Positions 17,917-27,852 of a stretch of DNA of 64,000 nt are shown here, piece by piece (within the stretch, counting starts at the first letter, position 1; each line of letters starts with the position of its first letter). The notes beneath the pieces are model-generated. The model did no database searches. It saw only the letters and a list, made by a program, of their open reading frames with translations, and had not been told where the DNA came from. Location: positions 160,001 to 224,000 of IMG/VR virus record IMGVR_UViG_3300049182_000044; one strand, given 5' to 3'. The DNA is from a virus (taxonomy: Duplodnaviria > Caudoviricetes). The translations under genes and the position numbers were made by a program.

Positions 17917-18288
17917 CTAGGAGTACAAGTACGTTAAGCGTATCATCTTGCCTGCTACGGGAGACTTTACCTCGACCGAATCAAAAGACCCGTGCATGAG
18001 GAACAAGCCGTTGCAAGGGATATCCGAAATAGAGCCACTAGCGTTCGTCAGGGAAAGCAGAACCGGCTCATACGAATAAATAGCGACCACTGACTTGATG
18101 TTGTTCATCAACAGTGTCTGATTCTCAGTGATGTTGTAATCACCACTGATGAAATTCGAGTCACGCGATACCTTCGATGCGACTGCGCCTTTCAGCTGCT
18201 TGGCGCGTAGATGGATATCCGCAACCTCAATCTTGAACTCTGTTACTACCGATTTATCGAGTGGTAAGCTCTTCGTTGCTCGTACCAT
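17917..18288 (-). CDS. Hypothetical virion protein
   Basis: 123 aa ORF in structural operon with SD. Confidence 0.6.
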   Translation of the reverse strand: MVRATKSLPLDKSVVTEFKIEVADIHLRAKQLKGAVASKVSRDSNFISGDYNITENQTLLMNNIKSVVAIYSYEPVLLSLTNASGSISDIPCNGLFLMHGSFDSVEVKSPVAGKMIRLTYLYS

Positions 18289-18290
18289 GA

Positions 18291-18956
18291 TTAGCCTCGT
18301 CGAATGTCAGTATCGTCCTTCATTATGATCTCCATATTGAGCAGCGGATTGCCTTGATTGACAGCAGCTACGTCTCTGAAGAAACCGGAGTAGGTGTGAA
18401 TAATCAGCTGCGCTGACAGCTCGACACCTGAGGGCGATTGCGTGTTGCTCGTGTCCGCAAGAGGGATCGAAGTGTTTTCAGGGACCTCAATACGAACATC
18501 AAAGCGGATCTTGTCCGTCAGCTTGATCTCGAATGAAAGCCCACCTATCTGAGAAAGCAGCACCAAGGACTCCGCCATAATCATGGCGCGCTCCGGCTTG
18601 TCATCAATGTACTTAAACTCGATACCGATGTTGACCGGGAACATGAAGGCTTTACGCGCAGTTGCTTTCGTAGCTCCATCTGTCCCAGCGTGCAAGCCTA
18701 GACGTTGCATCACACGATTGTTGTTCTGATCTTTAACACCTATCAGTTCCGACATTGAGAGATACGCATATGGGAACTGTGGCTTCTGTTGCTGACCAGC
18801 CAGACGGTCGATCTCGCGCTTGATCGTTTCGTCAGTTGCGATTAACATGTTCTTTACTTCGAGTTGCTTCTCAAGCACATTACGCACACCGTGTAACGAC
18901 AGTAGGAGGATGCTCTTTTTCGCAAGCTCTTCAAACAAGCTGTTGTTAAGTGCCAT
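18291..18956 (-). CDS. Putative tail completion / neck protein
   Basis: 221 aa between head and sheath genes; PQFPYAYL segment; synteny only. Confidence 0.4.
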   Translation of the reverse strand: MALNNSLFEELAKKSILLLSLHGVRNVLEKQLEVKNMLIATDETIKREIDRLAGQQQKPQFPYAYLSMSELIGVKDQNNNRVMQRLGLHAGTDGATKATARKAFMFPVNIGIEFKYIDDKPERAMIMAESLVLLSQIGGLSFEIKLTDKIRFDVRIEVPENTSIPLADTSNTQSPSGVELSAQLIIHTYSGFFRDVAAVNQGNPLLNMEIIMKDDTDIRRG

Positions 18957-18978
18957 AATTTATCCCCAAATGAAGACG

Positions 18979-19010
18979 GCCCTAGTAGGAATGGTCTTCC
19001 GTACTAGGGC
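18979..19010 (-). terminator. Stem-loop after acidic protein gene
   Basis: GCCCTAGTA/TACTAGGGC arms with inner GGAA/TTCC pairing. Confidence 0.5.
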
Positions 19011-19018
19011 CAGTCAGG

Positions 19019-19567
19019 TTACTGCTTGAGTTTGATAGGAGAACTGATGCCGCTGATTATCAACTTCGGAGTACCTTTGCTCTTGACGGTTGTACCGGAA
19101 TCGCTTGAAATCGAGCTGGGCAGGATGCGTTCACCGCCTTCGTTGGGATCAATGTCGTCCGATTCCGATTCTTCATCGTCTTCATCGTCTTCATCGTCTT
19201 CATCTTCGGACTCATCTTCCTCGTCCTCGGAGTCTTCGTCCATGTCCTCGTCGTCCAGCTCTTCGTCATCCTCGTCTTCATCGTCAGAGCTGAGCGAAAC
19301 GCCTTCAACATCCTCCACCGTCTCTTCCATCGAGGCCGCAATTGCCTTTGCGATCTTCGACATAGGCATCTTCTCGCCTGCGACAGCTTCATCGGGAGCA
19401 TTAAGCTCTTCGCCGTCGATGGTCATCTTGTTCAGAGTTTCGAGGAACTCAGGTGCGTCAGCAGAAGACAGGGCACTGGCGAACAAAGCACCAGCGTTGT
19501 CGAATTGCTTGTTCTCAAATGCCACAGCGGCAAGCAGGAGCAAGTCCCGCGCAGTATTGGTTTTCAT
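19019..19567 (-). CDS. Acidic putative prohead core/internal protein
   Basis: 182 aa from ATG 19567 (AAGGAG); long D/E tract preceded by VSLSS. Confidence 0.55.
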   Translation of the reverse strand: MKTNTARDLLLLAAVAFENKQFDNAGALFASALSSADAPEFLETLNKMTIDGEELNAPDEAVAGEKMPMSKIAKAIAASMEETVEDVEGVSLSSDDEDEDDEELDDEDMDEDSEDEEDESEDEDDEDDEDDEESESDDIDPNEGGERILPSSISSDSGTTVKSKGTPKLIISGISSPIKLKQ

Positions 19568-19593
19568 CAAAAACTCCTTCTGGATTCATGTGA

Positions 19594-19764
19594 TTACTTC
19601 TTTAAGGCTTTCCGAAGCGCTGCACGGGCCTTGTCGATACGATGCAACGCTTTGTTACGTCTGTCCTTGTACTCTTGGTGCATCAGCATATTCAGCTTGA
19701 AGTCCGCTTCCACTTTGTCGAGATCATCGAGGGCATTCAGCAATTCGAGGGCGAGATTTTCCAT
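19594..19764 (-). CDS. Small helical hypothetical protein (56 aa)
   Basis: Below ORF-track cutoff; AAGGA SD, MENLALELLNALDDLDKVEADFKLNMLMHQEYKDRRNKALHRIDKARAALRKALKK fills the gap exactly. Confidence 0.65.
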   Translation of the reverse strand: MENLALELLNALDDLDKVEADFKLNMLMHQEYKDRRNKALHRIDKARAALRKALKK

Positions 19765-19772
19765 GACGTTCC

Positions 19773-20156
19773 TTACTGCACACGGCGAGTGAATGGGGCG
19801 TTAGCGAGAGCGTCCATATCCTCAGACGTAAGTTCGCCCTTGAATTCATATTCGGATTCTTCCTCTTCGTCCTCAGCTGCAATCTGCTCTTTCTTCTCGT
19901 CAGTCCGACGAATAGAGATAACGAATAAGCGCAATTCCTCGCCTTCCTCAACTCTCTCAAGAGTAAGTTCGATACCGCTCTTGGTGATAACGAGTGCTGT
20001 ATCTTCCTCGTCCTCAACGTCGAGTGCTTCATCGAACATCTGTGTGACTCGTTCAATATCCGCTGAAGTAGGTTCCCAGTCAGGAGTTCCTACCTTGATG
20101 TGGATAATGTCTCGCTTATTGTCATCCATGCTACCACCTCTCGAACGTAACAGCAT
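19773..20156 (-). CDS. Acidic hypothetical protein
   Basis: 127 aa ORF, coding-like codon pattern; true start may be the internal Met. Confidence 0.6.
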   Translation of the reverse strand: MLLRSRGGSMDDNKRDIIHIKVGTPDWEPTSADIERVTQMFDEALDVEDEEDTALVITKSGIELTLERVEEGEELRLFVISIRRTDEKKEQIAAEDEEEESEYEFKGELTSEDMDALANAPFTRRVQ

Positions 20157-20184
20157 TCTTTTAAGCTCAAAAACTTAAAAGAAT

Positions 20185-20205
20185 GCTAGGTGCTCAACAC
20201 CTAGC
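20185..20205 (-). terminator. Intrinsic terminator
   Basis: GCTAGGTG/CACCTAGC 8-bp stem followed by T-rich tail on minus strand. Confidence 0.75.
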
Positions 20206-20213
20206 TGAAGAGA

Positions 20214-20558
20214 TTAGCGTACCCCTCCTGGACCGTACTTTACGAACGTCCACGTCACGTCCGGAGCACAGTGACGCAGTAACTCGTGAGTCTTTCCCGG
20301 CTTCCAGTTCTTGATCGTCTCTTCCCAAATTTTCTTTCCATTCGGGATGGCGGGATCGTTCAAGATTGAAGTACTGCTCCAGGGAAAGTGTCCTCCAGGA
20401 ACTGAGGCGCTAACGCGCATCCCTGAAATAATGTCCTTACGCTTGCTGGAATCCCATTCAAAGTGAAGACGAAATTTCTTTCCGTCTTTCTTTTCGCCTT
20501 CCCATACTTCGGCAACGTTTGAAGAGTTCTCCACGCTTAAACTTATCTTGAGTTTCAT
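20214..20558 (-). CDS. Hypothetical protein with MKLKISLS N-terminal tag
   Basis: 114 aa directly downstream of major capsid gene. Confidence 0.65.
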   Translation of the reverse strand: MKLKISLSVENSSNVAEVWEGEKKDGKKFRLHFEWDSSKRKDIISGMRVSASVPGGHFPWSSTSILNDPAIPNGKKIWEETIKNWKPGKTHELLRHCAPDVTWTFVKYGPGGVR

Positions 20559-20610
20559 TTTGGAATCCGTATTTATCTAGGCTTTAGAAAAAAGCATACA
20601 TGAATACGAA

Positions 20611-20687
20611 CAAGGGCGGAGCCCTGAGGCCCCACCCTTGAGGTATTGCGAAATAATGGGAGCGGGATTTGCCCGCCCCGCATTATT
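20611..20687 (-). terminator. Tandem stem-loops after major capsid gene
   Basis: Hairpins 20652-20687 and 20611-20640 (CAAGGG.GGGGC/GCTCCGCCCTTG). Confidence 0.7.
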
Positions 20688-21804
20688 AGACGCGCTTGCC
20701 CTTGGAGACCGAACGCGGATTGCCCAGCACGAAGCTGAACATCTCGCTGAGCAGCCAGCCGCGAGTCGTGGTGCCGGTGTCGGCGCCGCTGGTCGGGGTC
20801 GAACGAACGCCACCGCGATCCGTGTAAGCTGCGTGGTTCTCCGGCGAGGAGACAACGTAGATTTCGCCACGGTTCAGGACCTTCTGGTTCGGCTGACGGA
20901 ATGCATCGGTGAGGAGCTGCATACCGATCAGGGTGCCCAGATGGCCGTTCAGTGCCAGGTCGTACTTGGTGACCGGGTCGAGGAACTGTGCGAAGTCCTG
21001 CGAACCGATAACGTCGGACCAGAAGTCGTTGGAGATGATCGCGGTCGTTGCCGGCAGGTTCCAGTCGGAAACGCCTTGACGAATCTGAGCCAGAATCTGG
21101 GTGGTCAGCTGGCCACCGATGTAGTTCAGCGGATTGGTGACGCCAACGGTCATGTCAGCGGCCTTCTTCCACAGGCGATCTTCTGCGACCATGATCGCGT
21201 CCAGACCTTGGTTGTACACGTCTTCCAGGATGTCACCGGAGACTTGTTCGATCTCGAGTTGCTCGACGCGGAGGTTTGCGTTGATCTCGAACTCGTCCGG
21301 TTGGAAGACCTTGTTACGGATCATCTGGTAGCCGACAGCTGCGCTGGAAGTAGCGACAACAGCGACTGCATCCCATGCCGGCATTGCGACACGAGCGATT
21401 TCACCTTGACGCAGGGTCTGGCCGACAGCGATACGACGCAGGAAGCCTTCGCGGTTGCGTTGCTCTTGCAGTTGCATTGCGATGTTGGCGCCGAGAGCTG
21501 CCCAGGACTTGCCCGAGGTGTCATTGTATGCTGCTGCCAGCACTTCACGACGCTCTTGCAGTTCCTTGGTGTACTGTTCGGACGATGCCATTGCGGACTG
21601 ATACTGGGGAACGATTTCGCCTTTCTGGACTTGGCCCATCAGCGCGGTGATCGCTTGCACCAGGTCTTTGCGGTCGTTCGCATTGAACTCACCGGTGGAG
21701 CTGGACAGAGCGAGCGAACGGTCTTTGCCGAAACGCAATTGTTCAATCGGGTCGCCGTTCTTCAGAACGAGTTGCGCACCAGCGAAAGGGTTAGAAGCTT
21801 TCAT
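20686..21804 (-). CDS. Major capsid protein (HK97 fold)
   Basis: 372 aa; strongly biased codons, FLRRIAVGQ.L..GE, P.EFEI.A.., IMVAEDRLW, G.LIGM.LLTD, RGGVRSTP; follows scaffold and decoration genes. Confidence 0.85.
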   Translation of the reverse strand: MKASNPFAGAQLVLKNGDPIEQLRFGKDRSLALSSSTGEFNANDRKDLVQAITALMGQVQKGEIVPQYQSAMASSEQYTKELQERREVLAAAYNDTSGKSWAALGANIAMQLQEQRNREGFLRRIAVGQTLRQGEIARVAMPAWDAVAVVATSSAAVGYQMIRNKVFQPDEFEINANLRVEQLEIEQVSGDILEDVYNQGLDAIMVAEDRLWKKAADMTVGVTNPLNYIGGQLTTQILAQIRQGVSDWNLPATTAIISNDFWSDVIGSQDFAQFLDPVTKYDLALNGHLGTLIGMQLLTDAFRQPNQKVLNRGEIYVVSSPENHAAYTDRGGVRSTPTSGADTGTTTRGWLLSEMFSFVLGNPRSVSKGKRV

Positions 21805-21858
21805 GAGTTTCTCCTGTACTTCGATTGTGAAATGTGGTTACGAGATCAGCTGGCGCGA

Positions 21859-22548
21859 TTAAGCAACCTGGATGCTGAGGACCAGGAACGGATTGCTCGC
21901 GTTCGGGGCATTCTTGACCACGACGTTCGGGATGTGGTCAGCTTCGGTACCAACGGTGAACGTACCTGCGGCGCCGAGCTTGGCGTACAGTGCGTCCGAC
22001 CAGTCAGCCGATGCGTCGAACATATTGGTAGCGAACTGTGCGTCTTTGATCGTGCCGATCACGGACTGAGCCGTCGAGGACAGGCCACCAATCGGGGTGT
22101 CGCCGATGACGGTGCGTGCTTCGGTAACGGTCGGTGCGTACAGGAACTGAACGAAAACGTTCTTGCCCTTTTCGCCAGCTGCGAACACGAGGTTGCGGCC
22201 AACGAGTTGTACTTCACCAGCGTTTGCCGGTGCTGCGTTCACGACGGTCTTCTGTGCGCCGCCGACCTTAACCAGCAGTTGGCCAGTGATCGGGGTGCGC
22301 GGCAGTTCCAGAACTTCAGCGGCAGGGACAGCTTGGTCCATAACGAAAGGCAGAGCAGCCGGCGGGCTGTTACGGGACTGGGAAACGCCAGCGAACACTT
22401 CGCCGTCAGCGCCGGACGAAAGGGTTACTTTGGTTTCGCCGTCTTCCTTGGCGTACACCAGGGCCATACCTTCTTCCGACACGATGGTGCCGGACAGGAC
22501 GTTCTCGTGTTTGGAACGAACGATGCGAGTTTCACGAAGTTGCAACAT
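21859..22548 (-). CDS. Head decoration/cement protein
   Basis: 229 aa, highly biased codons, immediately upstream of capsid gene; beta-rich with FAGVS motif. Confidence 0.6.
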   Translation of the reverse strand: MLQLRETRIVRSKHENVLSGTIVSEEGMALVYAKEDGETKVTLSSGADGEVFAGVSQSRNSPPAALPFVMDQAVPAAEVLELPRTPITGQLLVKVGGAQKTVVNAAPANAGEVQLVGRNLVFAAGEKGKNVFVQFLYAPTVTEARTVIGDTPIGGLSSTAQSVIGTIKDAQFATNMFDASADWSDALYAKLGAAGTFTVGTEADHIPNVVVKNAPNASNPFLVLSIQVA

Positions 22549-22596
22549 GGTATCTTACTCCTTGATAGGGTATAAGTTGATTGACGAATACAGCTA

Positions 22597-24612
22597 TTAA
22601 CGACGACGACCAAGACCTGCGACTACGCTTGAAATACGTGCGCCGCTGCTCAAGGATTCTTGCTTATCTTCTTGCTGTTCCGGTTCTGCTGTCGTTGTAG
22701 CAGAAGCGGTTACTGTGCCCATACCTGCCAGTCGATCTTCGAGCTGGTTGGAGGTAGAAGACGATTCAGAAGCACCCATGTAGTTCGTGCCCAGGATTGC
22801 CTTTGCGAGGCTCTCTTGAACTTCCAGCGGCTTTGCAACAATGTCGCAAGCCATTGCGAACAACGACTGGTGATACGCGTCTGCCGATTCACGGAACGCA
22901 TTGTGGATAACCACTTCTGCGTTTTTCACGCCGACTGCACTGAGTGCGTCGAACAGTGCGGCCTTGACCGGATTGCCTTTGCCTGGGAAGAAACCACGAT
23001 TCAGGCCGATTGCAGCGGATGCCATTGCCGAAAGCAGGCGCTCGCTGTATTCTTTCTGATCGCGTTCCAGATTGGACTTCGCTTCAGCAACTTGCTCGGC
23101 AACCTTGTCGTTGACGATGGAGCTGACCGAAACGCTGTGCTTGATGCCCTTGAAGCCCATATCGGCGAGAATGTTCTTCACGCCAACATGCTTTGCACCT
23201 GCGATGATCGCATGACCGAAAGCAGCATCGTTGAAGATGTCAGCGTTCTTGCCGGCGTCAGCTGCAGTTGCGATAGCAACAGGAGTACCGTTGTAGAATG
23301 CAGTCCAAGTTGCTTGGCCTGCGATGCTGGAGCTGAAAGAAACGTCCAGAGCTTTGTGAGCATCTTCACCGCCGTCATTCAGGCGTTGCAGCATGTCCAC
23401 TTCGATCTGTTCGACTTCGGTCTGACCAGCCTGAGCCGTTTCAGCGGCCGGGGTCTCAGCAGCGGGAGTAGTGGTTTCAGGAGTGGTCACGGTTTCGCTT
23501 TCAGTTTGAGTTTCGACAGAAGCTTCAGCCGATTCGGTAGCCGGAGTAGCAGCAGCTTCAGGAGCAGCTGTCTCAGTGGTTTCCGTAGTAGCTGCAGCCG
23601 ACGATTCAGACTCTTCGTCTTCATCTTCCTCGTCCTCGCCTTCTTCGTCTTCATCTTCCGGCAGGACTTCCAGATCCGACTCGTCTTCCTCTTCGTCCTC
23701 TTCCTCGGACTCTTCGTCCTCGCATTCGGCCTTGCTACCTGCAGTTGCAGGAGTTGCGGCAGGAGCGGCTTCAGTGGTAGCGGCTTGGGTCTGAGTTTCG
23801 GTTTCTGCGGTTGGCTCTTTCAGAGCGGACTCACATGCTGGGCAGGAGCTCAACGAAGCATCTTCGGAGAGGATATGTGCACCGCACTCGCTGGACGAGC
23901 AAACCAGGTAGTCGACTTCGACGGTCGTGGCTGCCGTAGCGATGCCATGACGTTGCGACTGGTAAATTTCGATAGCTTTGTCTTTCGAGTCAGCTGCGAT
24001 TACCAGCGGAGAAGAATCGTCGTCCTCATCTTCCTCGTCGTCCTCGGACTCATCTTCGTCGTCTTCGGAATCATCTTCCTCGTCGTCTTCGTCTTCGTCC
24101 TCGTCGTCTTCCTCGTCCTCATCCGACTCTTCATCCTCGTCGGACTCTTCGTCTTCATCGGACTCGTCTTCTTCGTCCGACTCGTCTTCCTCCTCTTCTT
24201 CGTCGTCAGCCGACAGCGATGCATGCTTGTCTTCTTCGGATTCATCGGAAGCGATTGCAGTCGTGCAGGACGGGCAATGTTTTACCAAAGTCTCGGAATC
24301 ATATACGATGTGAACACCGCAGCCTGCTTCGCAGCAGAAATGATTGGCTTCGACTTCACCTGCTTTTGCTTCAAACTCGAGGCTGTCAAGAATCGATTCG
24401 TCTTTAACGAGGTCGAGTTCGCCAGTCTGCGGATTGAACATTTCAGGGATTTTGCTGTTGGCGTTAGAGACAAAAGCGAGCGTCTTGCTTTGGTCCACGA
24501 ACGCAGAAACACCCTTGCCCAAAGCCAGCAACCGATAACGGTTAACAGCCTCGTCCTTAGTGCTTCCTACAGCGACAATTCCATGAAACGGTACAGCGTT
24601 GGAATTACGCAT
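22597..24612 (-). CDS. Acidic scaffold / prohead core protein with Zn-ribbon motifs
   Basis: 671 aa from ATG 24612 (AGGAG); long D/E tracts, CxxxC/CPSC/CPAC motifs, C-terminal coiled region; upstream of capsid genes. Confidence 0.6.
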   Translation of the reverse strand: MRNSNAVPFHGIVAVGSTKDEAVNRYRLLALGKGVSAFVDQSKTLAFVSNANSKIPEMFNPQTGELDLVKDESILDSLEFEAKAGEVEANHFCCEAGCGVHIVYDSETLVKHCPSCTTAIASDESEEDKHASLSADDEEEEEDESDEEDESDEDEESDEDEESDEDEEDDEDEDEDDEEDDSEDDEDESEDDEEDEDDDSSPLVIAADSKDKAIEIYQSQRHGIATAATTVEVDYLVCSSSECGAHILSEDASLSSCPACESALKEPTAETETQTQAATTEAAPAATPATAGSKAECEDEESEEEDEEEDESDLEVLPEDEDEEGEDEEDEDEESESSAAATTETTETAAPEAAATPATESAEASVETQTESETVTTPETTTPAAETPAAETAQAGQTEVEQIEVDMLQRLNDGGEDAHKALDVSFSSSIAGQATWTAFYNGTPVAIATAADAGKNADIFNDAAFGHAIIAGAKHVGVKNILADMGFKGIKHSVSVSSIVNDKVAEQVAEAKSNLERDQKEYSERLLSAMASAAIGLNRGFFPGKGNPVKAALFDALSAVGVKNAEVVIHNAFRESADAYHQSLFAMACDIVAKPLEVQESLAKAILGTNYMGASESSSTSNQLEDRLAGMGTVTASATTTAEPEQQEDKQESLSSGARISSVVAGLGRRR

Positions 24613-24797
24613 AGTCAAACTCCTGTTGGGATTATCAATGACAAAACCTGTATTAAGGTGTCTGCATTAAATTGATATTTTCAAATATTTTGCAAGAAAT
24701 CGTGATTTCCACAGGATCGCGCAAAACACATGAAAACGGTCTTTGAGTAACAAAACCTACAAACTTAAGGCTGGTTTTGTGGTATATTCGGAGTTGG

Positions 24798-25355
24798 CTA
24801 ATCCCATAGATCCGAAAAGGAAACTGACGAAAACATCAGAGGAAGCGGCCTACGCTGCAAGGCTGAATTTACTTGTTCCAGCCAATAGCCTAGCCTAGGT
24901 GTAAGTGCGCCGATCTTGGCCGCAAGGGTTATATGTGGTTCGTAGGTCGGAAACGAATGCTGCGCACCGAGCTTAACCAATATATCATGTAAATTAACGA
25001 GTCCATCACTTTTCACATTCAAAACGAGATAGCCTACGTTATCGTGACCTGGCCAGTAATCCGCGCCAACTACACTGGCTGGAAATCTCTGGCACACAGC
25101 ATCACATACGCCCAGTATTTCACTCTTCCTAACAGGAACCCGTGACCAGATAACTGTTATGTGAGCGTCGTCCAAGTAATCACCTGGCCGTACTGGGCAT
25201 GGAATTTGTTGGAGGATCAAATCCGTTACTGCACGTTTTTCCTTACCCTTCACGGGAACTAGCTTCACGTACATTCCGGCATTACCGGAAAACCTCGAAA
25301 AGTCGATACTTGGGTTTTCCTTCAATCTTTGGCCCAAGCTAAACATTGAGGTCAT
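24798..25355 (-). CDS. acb1: Acb1-like 2H phosphoesterase (anti-CBASS candidate), copy 2
   Basis: 185 aa; GMYV, AHITVIWSR, YLVL...S..L..LH..L..LGA.HSF..YEPHITL match the T4 gp57B/Acb1 pattern (two HxT motifs). Confidence 0.75.
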   Translation of the reverse strand: MTSMFSLGQRLKENPSIDFSRFSGNAGMYVKLVPVKGKEKRAVTDLILQQIPCPVRPGDYLDDAHITVIWSRVPVRKSEILGVCDAVCQRFPASVVGADYWPGHDNVGYLVLNVKSDGLVNLHDILVKLGAQHSFPTYEPHITLAAKIGALTPRLGYWLEQVNSALQRRPLPLMFSSVSFSDLWD

Positions 25356-25363
25356 GACTCCCT

Positions 25364-25993
25364 CTATGTCAGCTGTTTGACGTCTTTCGCTACCTCGATC
25401 AGTAACGAATCCATCGGTTTCTTGACCGCTGCGATGGCCTTGTTTTCCTTACGTGCTTGAATCAAGTTCGTCACATAAGGAGCGATTTCACTTTCCCATT
25501 CAGGGTGCAGGCGCATAGTTGCGAAGTGATCTGCCGGAATATAGCCTTGCGCCCCAATGAAGTTCTCAGCCCGAGTAAGAAGTTCATACTTCCATTCTTC
25601 TTGCTGCGCTAACTGGTGAGCTTCGTGATCCGGCAGATCCTTATGCTTACAGTGCGGTCGAACCCGCTTAATCAGCATAGTCAGGAAATCGAGTTCCCGC
25701 TCTGCTTCGTCAATACAGTCCTGTCCGTGAGATTTCATCAACTCGATTTCGAGTATATCTGCCTCCGCTTTCAGGACCTTACCTTTTGAGAACATACGCA
25801 TCAAGGTGCTGCTTACGATGCGCTTTGCCTCCACCAGTTTCGCCTGAGCACGCTTGTCTGCCACCTGAGCGTTATTCAGTGCTAGCTGCCTTTCCTCTCG
25901 CAGTTCACATAGAACGCGATAAGCCTCGTCTGGCGTGTGCGTCTTTCCTACAAGGAAATAAAGCACCTGGAAACGTGAGTTTCGCCAATGCAT
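25364..25993 (-). CDS. Helical protein, partner of Kelch-repeat gene (possible assembly chaperone)
   Basis: 209 aa; NSRFQV.YF..G..HTPDEAY motif; coiled-coil character. Confidence 0.5.
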   Translation of the reverse strand: MHWRNSRFQVLYFLVGKTHTPDEAYRVLCELREERQLALNNAQVADKRAQAKLVEAKRIVSSTLMRMFSKGKVLKAEADILEIELMKSHGQDCIDEAERELDFLTMLIKRVRPHCKHKDLPDHEAHQLAQQEEWKYELLTRAENFIGAQGYIPADHFATMRLHPEWESEIAPYVTNLIQARKENKAIAAVKKPMDSLLIEVAKDVKQLT

Positions 25994-26047
25994 GATGTAC
26001 TGCCTTTCTTTTCGATTCGTATGTCAGAAAATTATGAATAGCAATCA

Positions 26048-26968
26048 TCACAAACCGCCATGGCTGTCGCCAACCGCAGCGTGCTGACGAACAGGAGTAC
26101 TAAGAGCAGTACCGGAAGAAACCGTGTTCGAGGCATACGTGTAGATATCCGTAGCACCTGAATAGTAAGGATCTGTGGCCTGCTGACCGCCGTTGATAAC
26201 CGCGATAGTGGCATCACCTGTTCCAGCACGATACTGCAAAGCATTACCCAACGCGGTTCCAGCTGTAACAGCCAGGGTCGAGAAGTTGAATCGGTCGGTA
26301 TAGGTTGAATACACACCGCCCGTATGGCCGCCGGCAAACAGAGCTTGATGCCCTGTCGAGGCCGCAGCCAAGCCATTACGTCCTAAACCGAGGCTCGTTG
26401 TCTGAGCTGCGCTCATAGAAGCGTAGGTCCACAAATCGGTAAAGATCGTACTAGTGGCCGTGATGCCGCCGCCGAATACGCCAACCAGTGGATTGCCAGC
26501 GGCTGCGAGCTCGCGTCGATTACGAGCCAGATTGCCGCTAGGGCTACTAGACTGCGACGCGAAGGTATACTTGTCGGTTGAGCCAAGCGGTGATCCGTTA
26601 TAGCCACCACCCACAATGCCGATTTCAGAGTTGCTGATACCTGCGCCATACGCCCGCGCAACGCTGAGATTCGCAGTATAGTTCCACGCAGATGTAGCGA
26701 ACTCGACTCGCTCTGCAATCGTAGAGTAATTGCCACCGAAACCGCCTGCTGCGATACCGTGAGTCTGATTGGAAATACCTGCAGCGCCACGACGAGCAGT
26801 ACCCAACTTCGTGGCCGCAGTGACAGCGTGGTTATCGAATTGATAGCGTCGTACTGTATCTAAGTTGGTGTTAAAATAACCGCCAACGAAAAGCCCAATG
26901 CCCAACTCACCCGGGTTGCCAATTGGGATCAAGTTCATGATGGCTGGCTGAAACATGATAATGGACAT
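26048..26968 (-). CDS. Kelch-like beta-propeller protein (possible receptor-binding/fibre tip)
   Basis: 306 aa with ~6 repeats of ~46 aa: L..AR...AG.......G...GG........TD.Y.F. Confidence 0.7.
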   Translation of the reverse strand: MSIIMFQPAIMNLIPIGNPGELGIGLFVGGYFNTNLDTVRRYQFDNHAVTAATKLGTARRGAAGISNQTHGIAAGGFGGNYSTIAERVEFATSAWNYTANLSVARAYGAGISNSEIGIVGGGYNGSPLGSTDKYTFASQSSSPSGNLARNRRELAAAGNPLVGVFGGGITATSTIFTDLWTYASMSAAQTTSLGLGRNGLAAASTGHQALFAGGHTGGVYSTYTDRFNFSTLAVTAGTALGNALQYRAGTGDATIAVINGGQQATDPYYSGATDIYTYASNTVSSGTALSTPVRQHAAVGDSHGGL

Positions 26969-26979
26969 TGGAACTCCGC

Positions 26980-27342
26980 TTATGTTCGTTTTTCGCCGTT
27001 GTACGGTTTTGCGTGACCGGCGTCAATCATTTGTTGGTTAAGGCTGACAGAATTATCAGGTAGATACAGCACAGCAAGATAACGGCCATACTTCTCTTTT
27101 TCGTCCTTGTAGGTCTTGATGATGATTTCGTCGTAGCCCATCAGTAGGCGTGCGAGGAAGGCTTTTGCGTCTTTGCCTTCCGGAGTATTCTTTTCGGGAG
27201 CGTTGATTCCGCTCAACCGACATTTCATTTTGATACGCAGATCACAACCTAGGTCTGCGTCGAGGATAACCGTATCCCCATCTGTGATTTCGACGACTAC
27301 TGCCTTACGCACGTACTCGTCTTTTGGAACTCGCTTAGCCAT
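26980..27342 (-). CDS. Thermonuclease (SNase-like) family protein
   Basis: 120 aa; V.EITDGDT, RLSGINAPE, KYGRYLA, LNQQMI..G.A. Confidence 0.88.
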   Translation of the reverse strand: MAKRVPKDEYVRKAVVVEITDGDTVILDADLGCDLRIKMKCRLSGINAPEKNTPEGKDAKAFLARLLMGYDEIIIKTYKDEKEKYGRYLAVLYLPDNSVSLNQQMIDAGHAKPYNGEKRT

Positions 27343-27401
27343 GATCTATAACTCCAATGGAGAACAGGCTCGCACTCCTGAGAATGCGAGCCCGGTACTA
27401 C

Positions 27402-27851
27402 TTAATCGACGAAGCTCAGGATCGCCTTGCCTGCGATAGGCATGGAGAACTTAAGTTCGACGGTATCGTTGTCCACCAACTTGATAAGGTCGGGGATGAC
27501 CGATTGGTACGAACCGTCAACGTTCAGCTGGTAGGCTTGCACCACACAGTTGAACGAAGCCAGATTGTGTACCAGCGTCCAAGTGGACATTTCGCTACCT
27601 TCCGCCACATCGGCGATGAAGTGGCGAACGCCGCCTGCGTTGCCGTTACCGTCCAGGTTGTTGAGAGTCACACCTTGCAGCTGGCCATTGACACGAGCCA
27701 GCACTTGGCCGTCCGTAAGATCAATGAATTGCAGCTGACGAGGACCCTGACCGCGACGAACCGGGATAGATTCCAGATTGCCGTCAGTCGGAGTAAATGG
27801 ACGTAACGGTAACTCTTGTTGTACAAACTGTTCAAAAGCTGAGCCGGCCAT
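27402..27851 (-). CDS. Virion structural protein
   Basis: 149 aa; W...HNL.S.N..VQ.Y motif seen in fibre-associated domains. Confidence 0.5.
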   Translation of the reverse strand: MAGSAFEQFVQQELPLRPFTPTDGNLESIPVRRGQGPRQLQFIDLTDGQVLARVNGQLQGVTLNNLDGNGNAGGVRHFIADVAEGSEMSTWTLVHNLASFNCVVQAYQLNVDGSYQSVIPDLIKLVDNDTVELKFSMPIAGKAILSFVD

Positions 27852-27852
27852 G

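Noticed and set aside
19170-19280. Short tandem repeats (TCTTCATCG etc.), also 24020-24210
   Set aside because: They encode D/E tracts of acidic proteins; no constant repeat-spacer period, so not CRISPR or VNTR arrays
20638-24675. Long plus-strand ORFs (645 aa, 671 aa) and many others such as 33053-34534 and 44742-45905
   Set aside because: They are antisense shadows of strongly codon-biased minus-strand genes; no SD context or recognisable motifs
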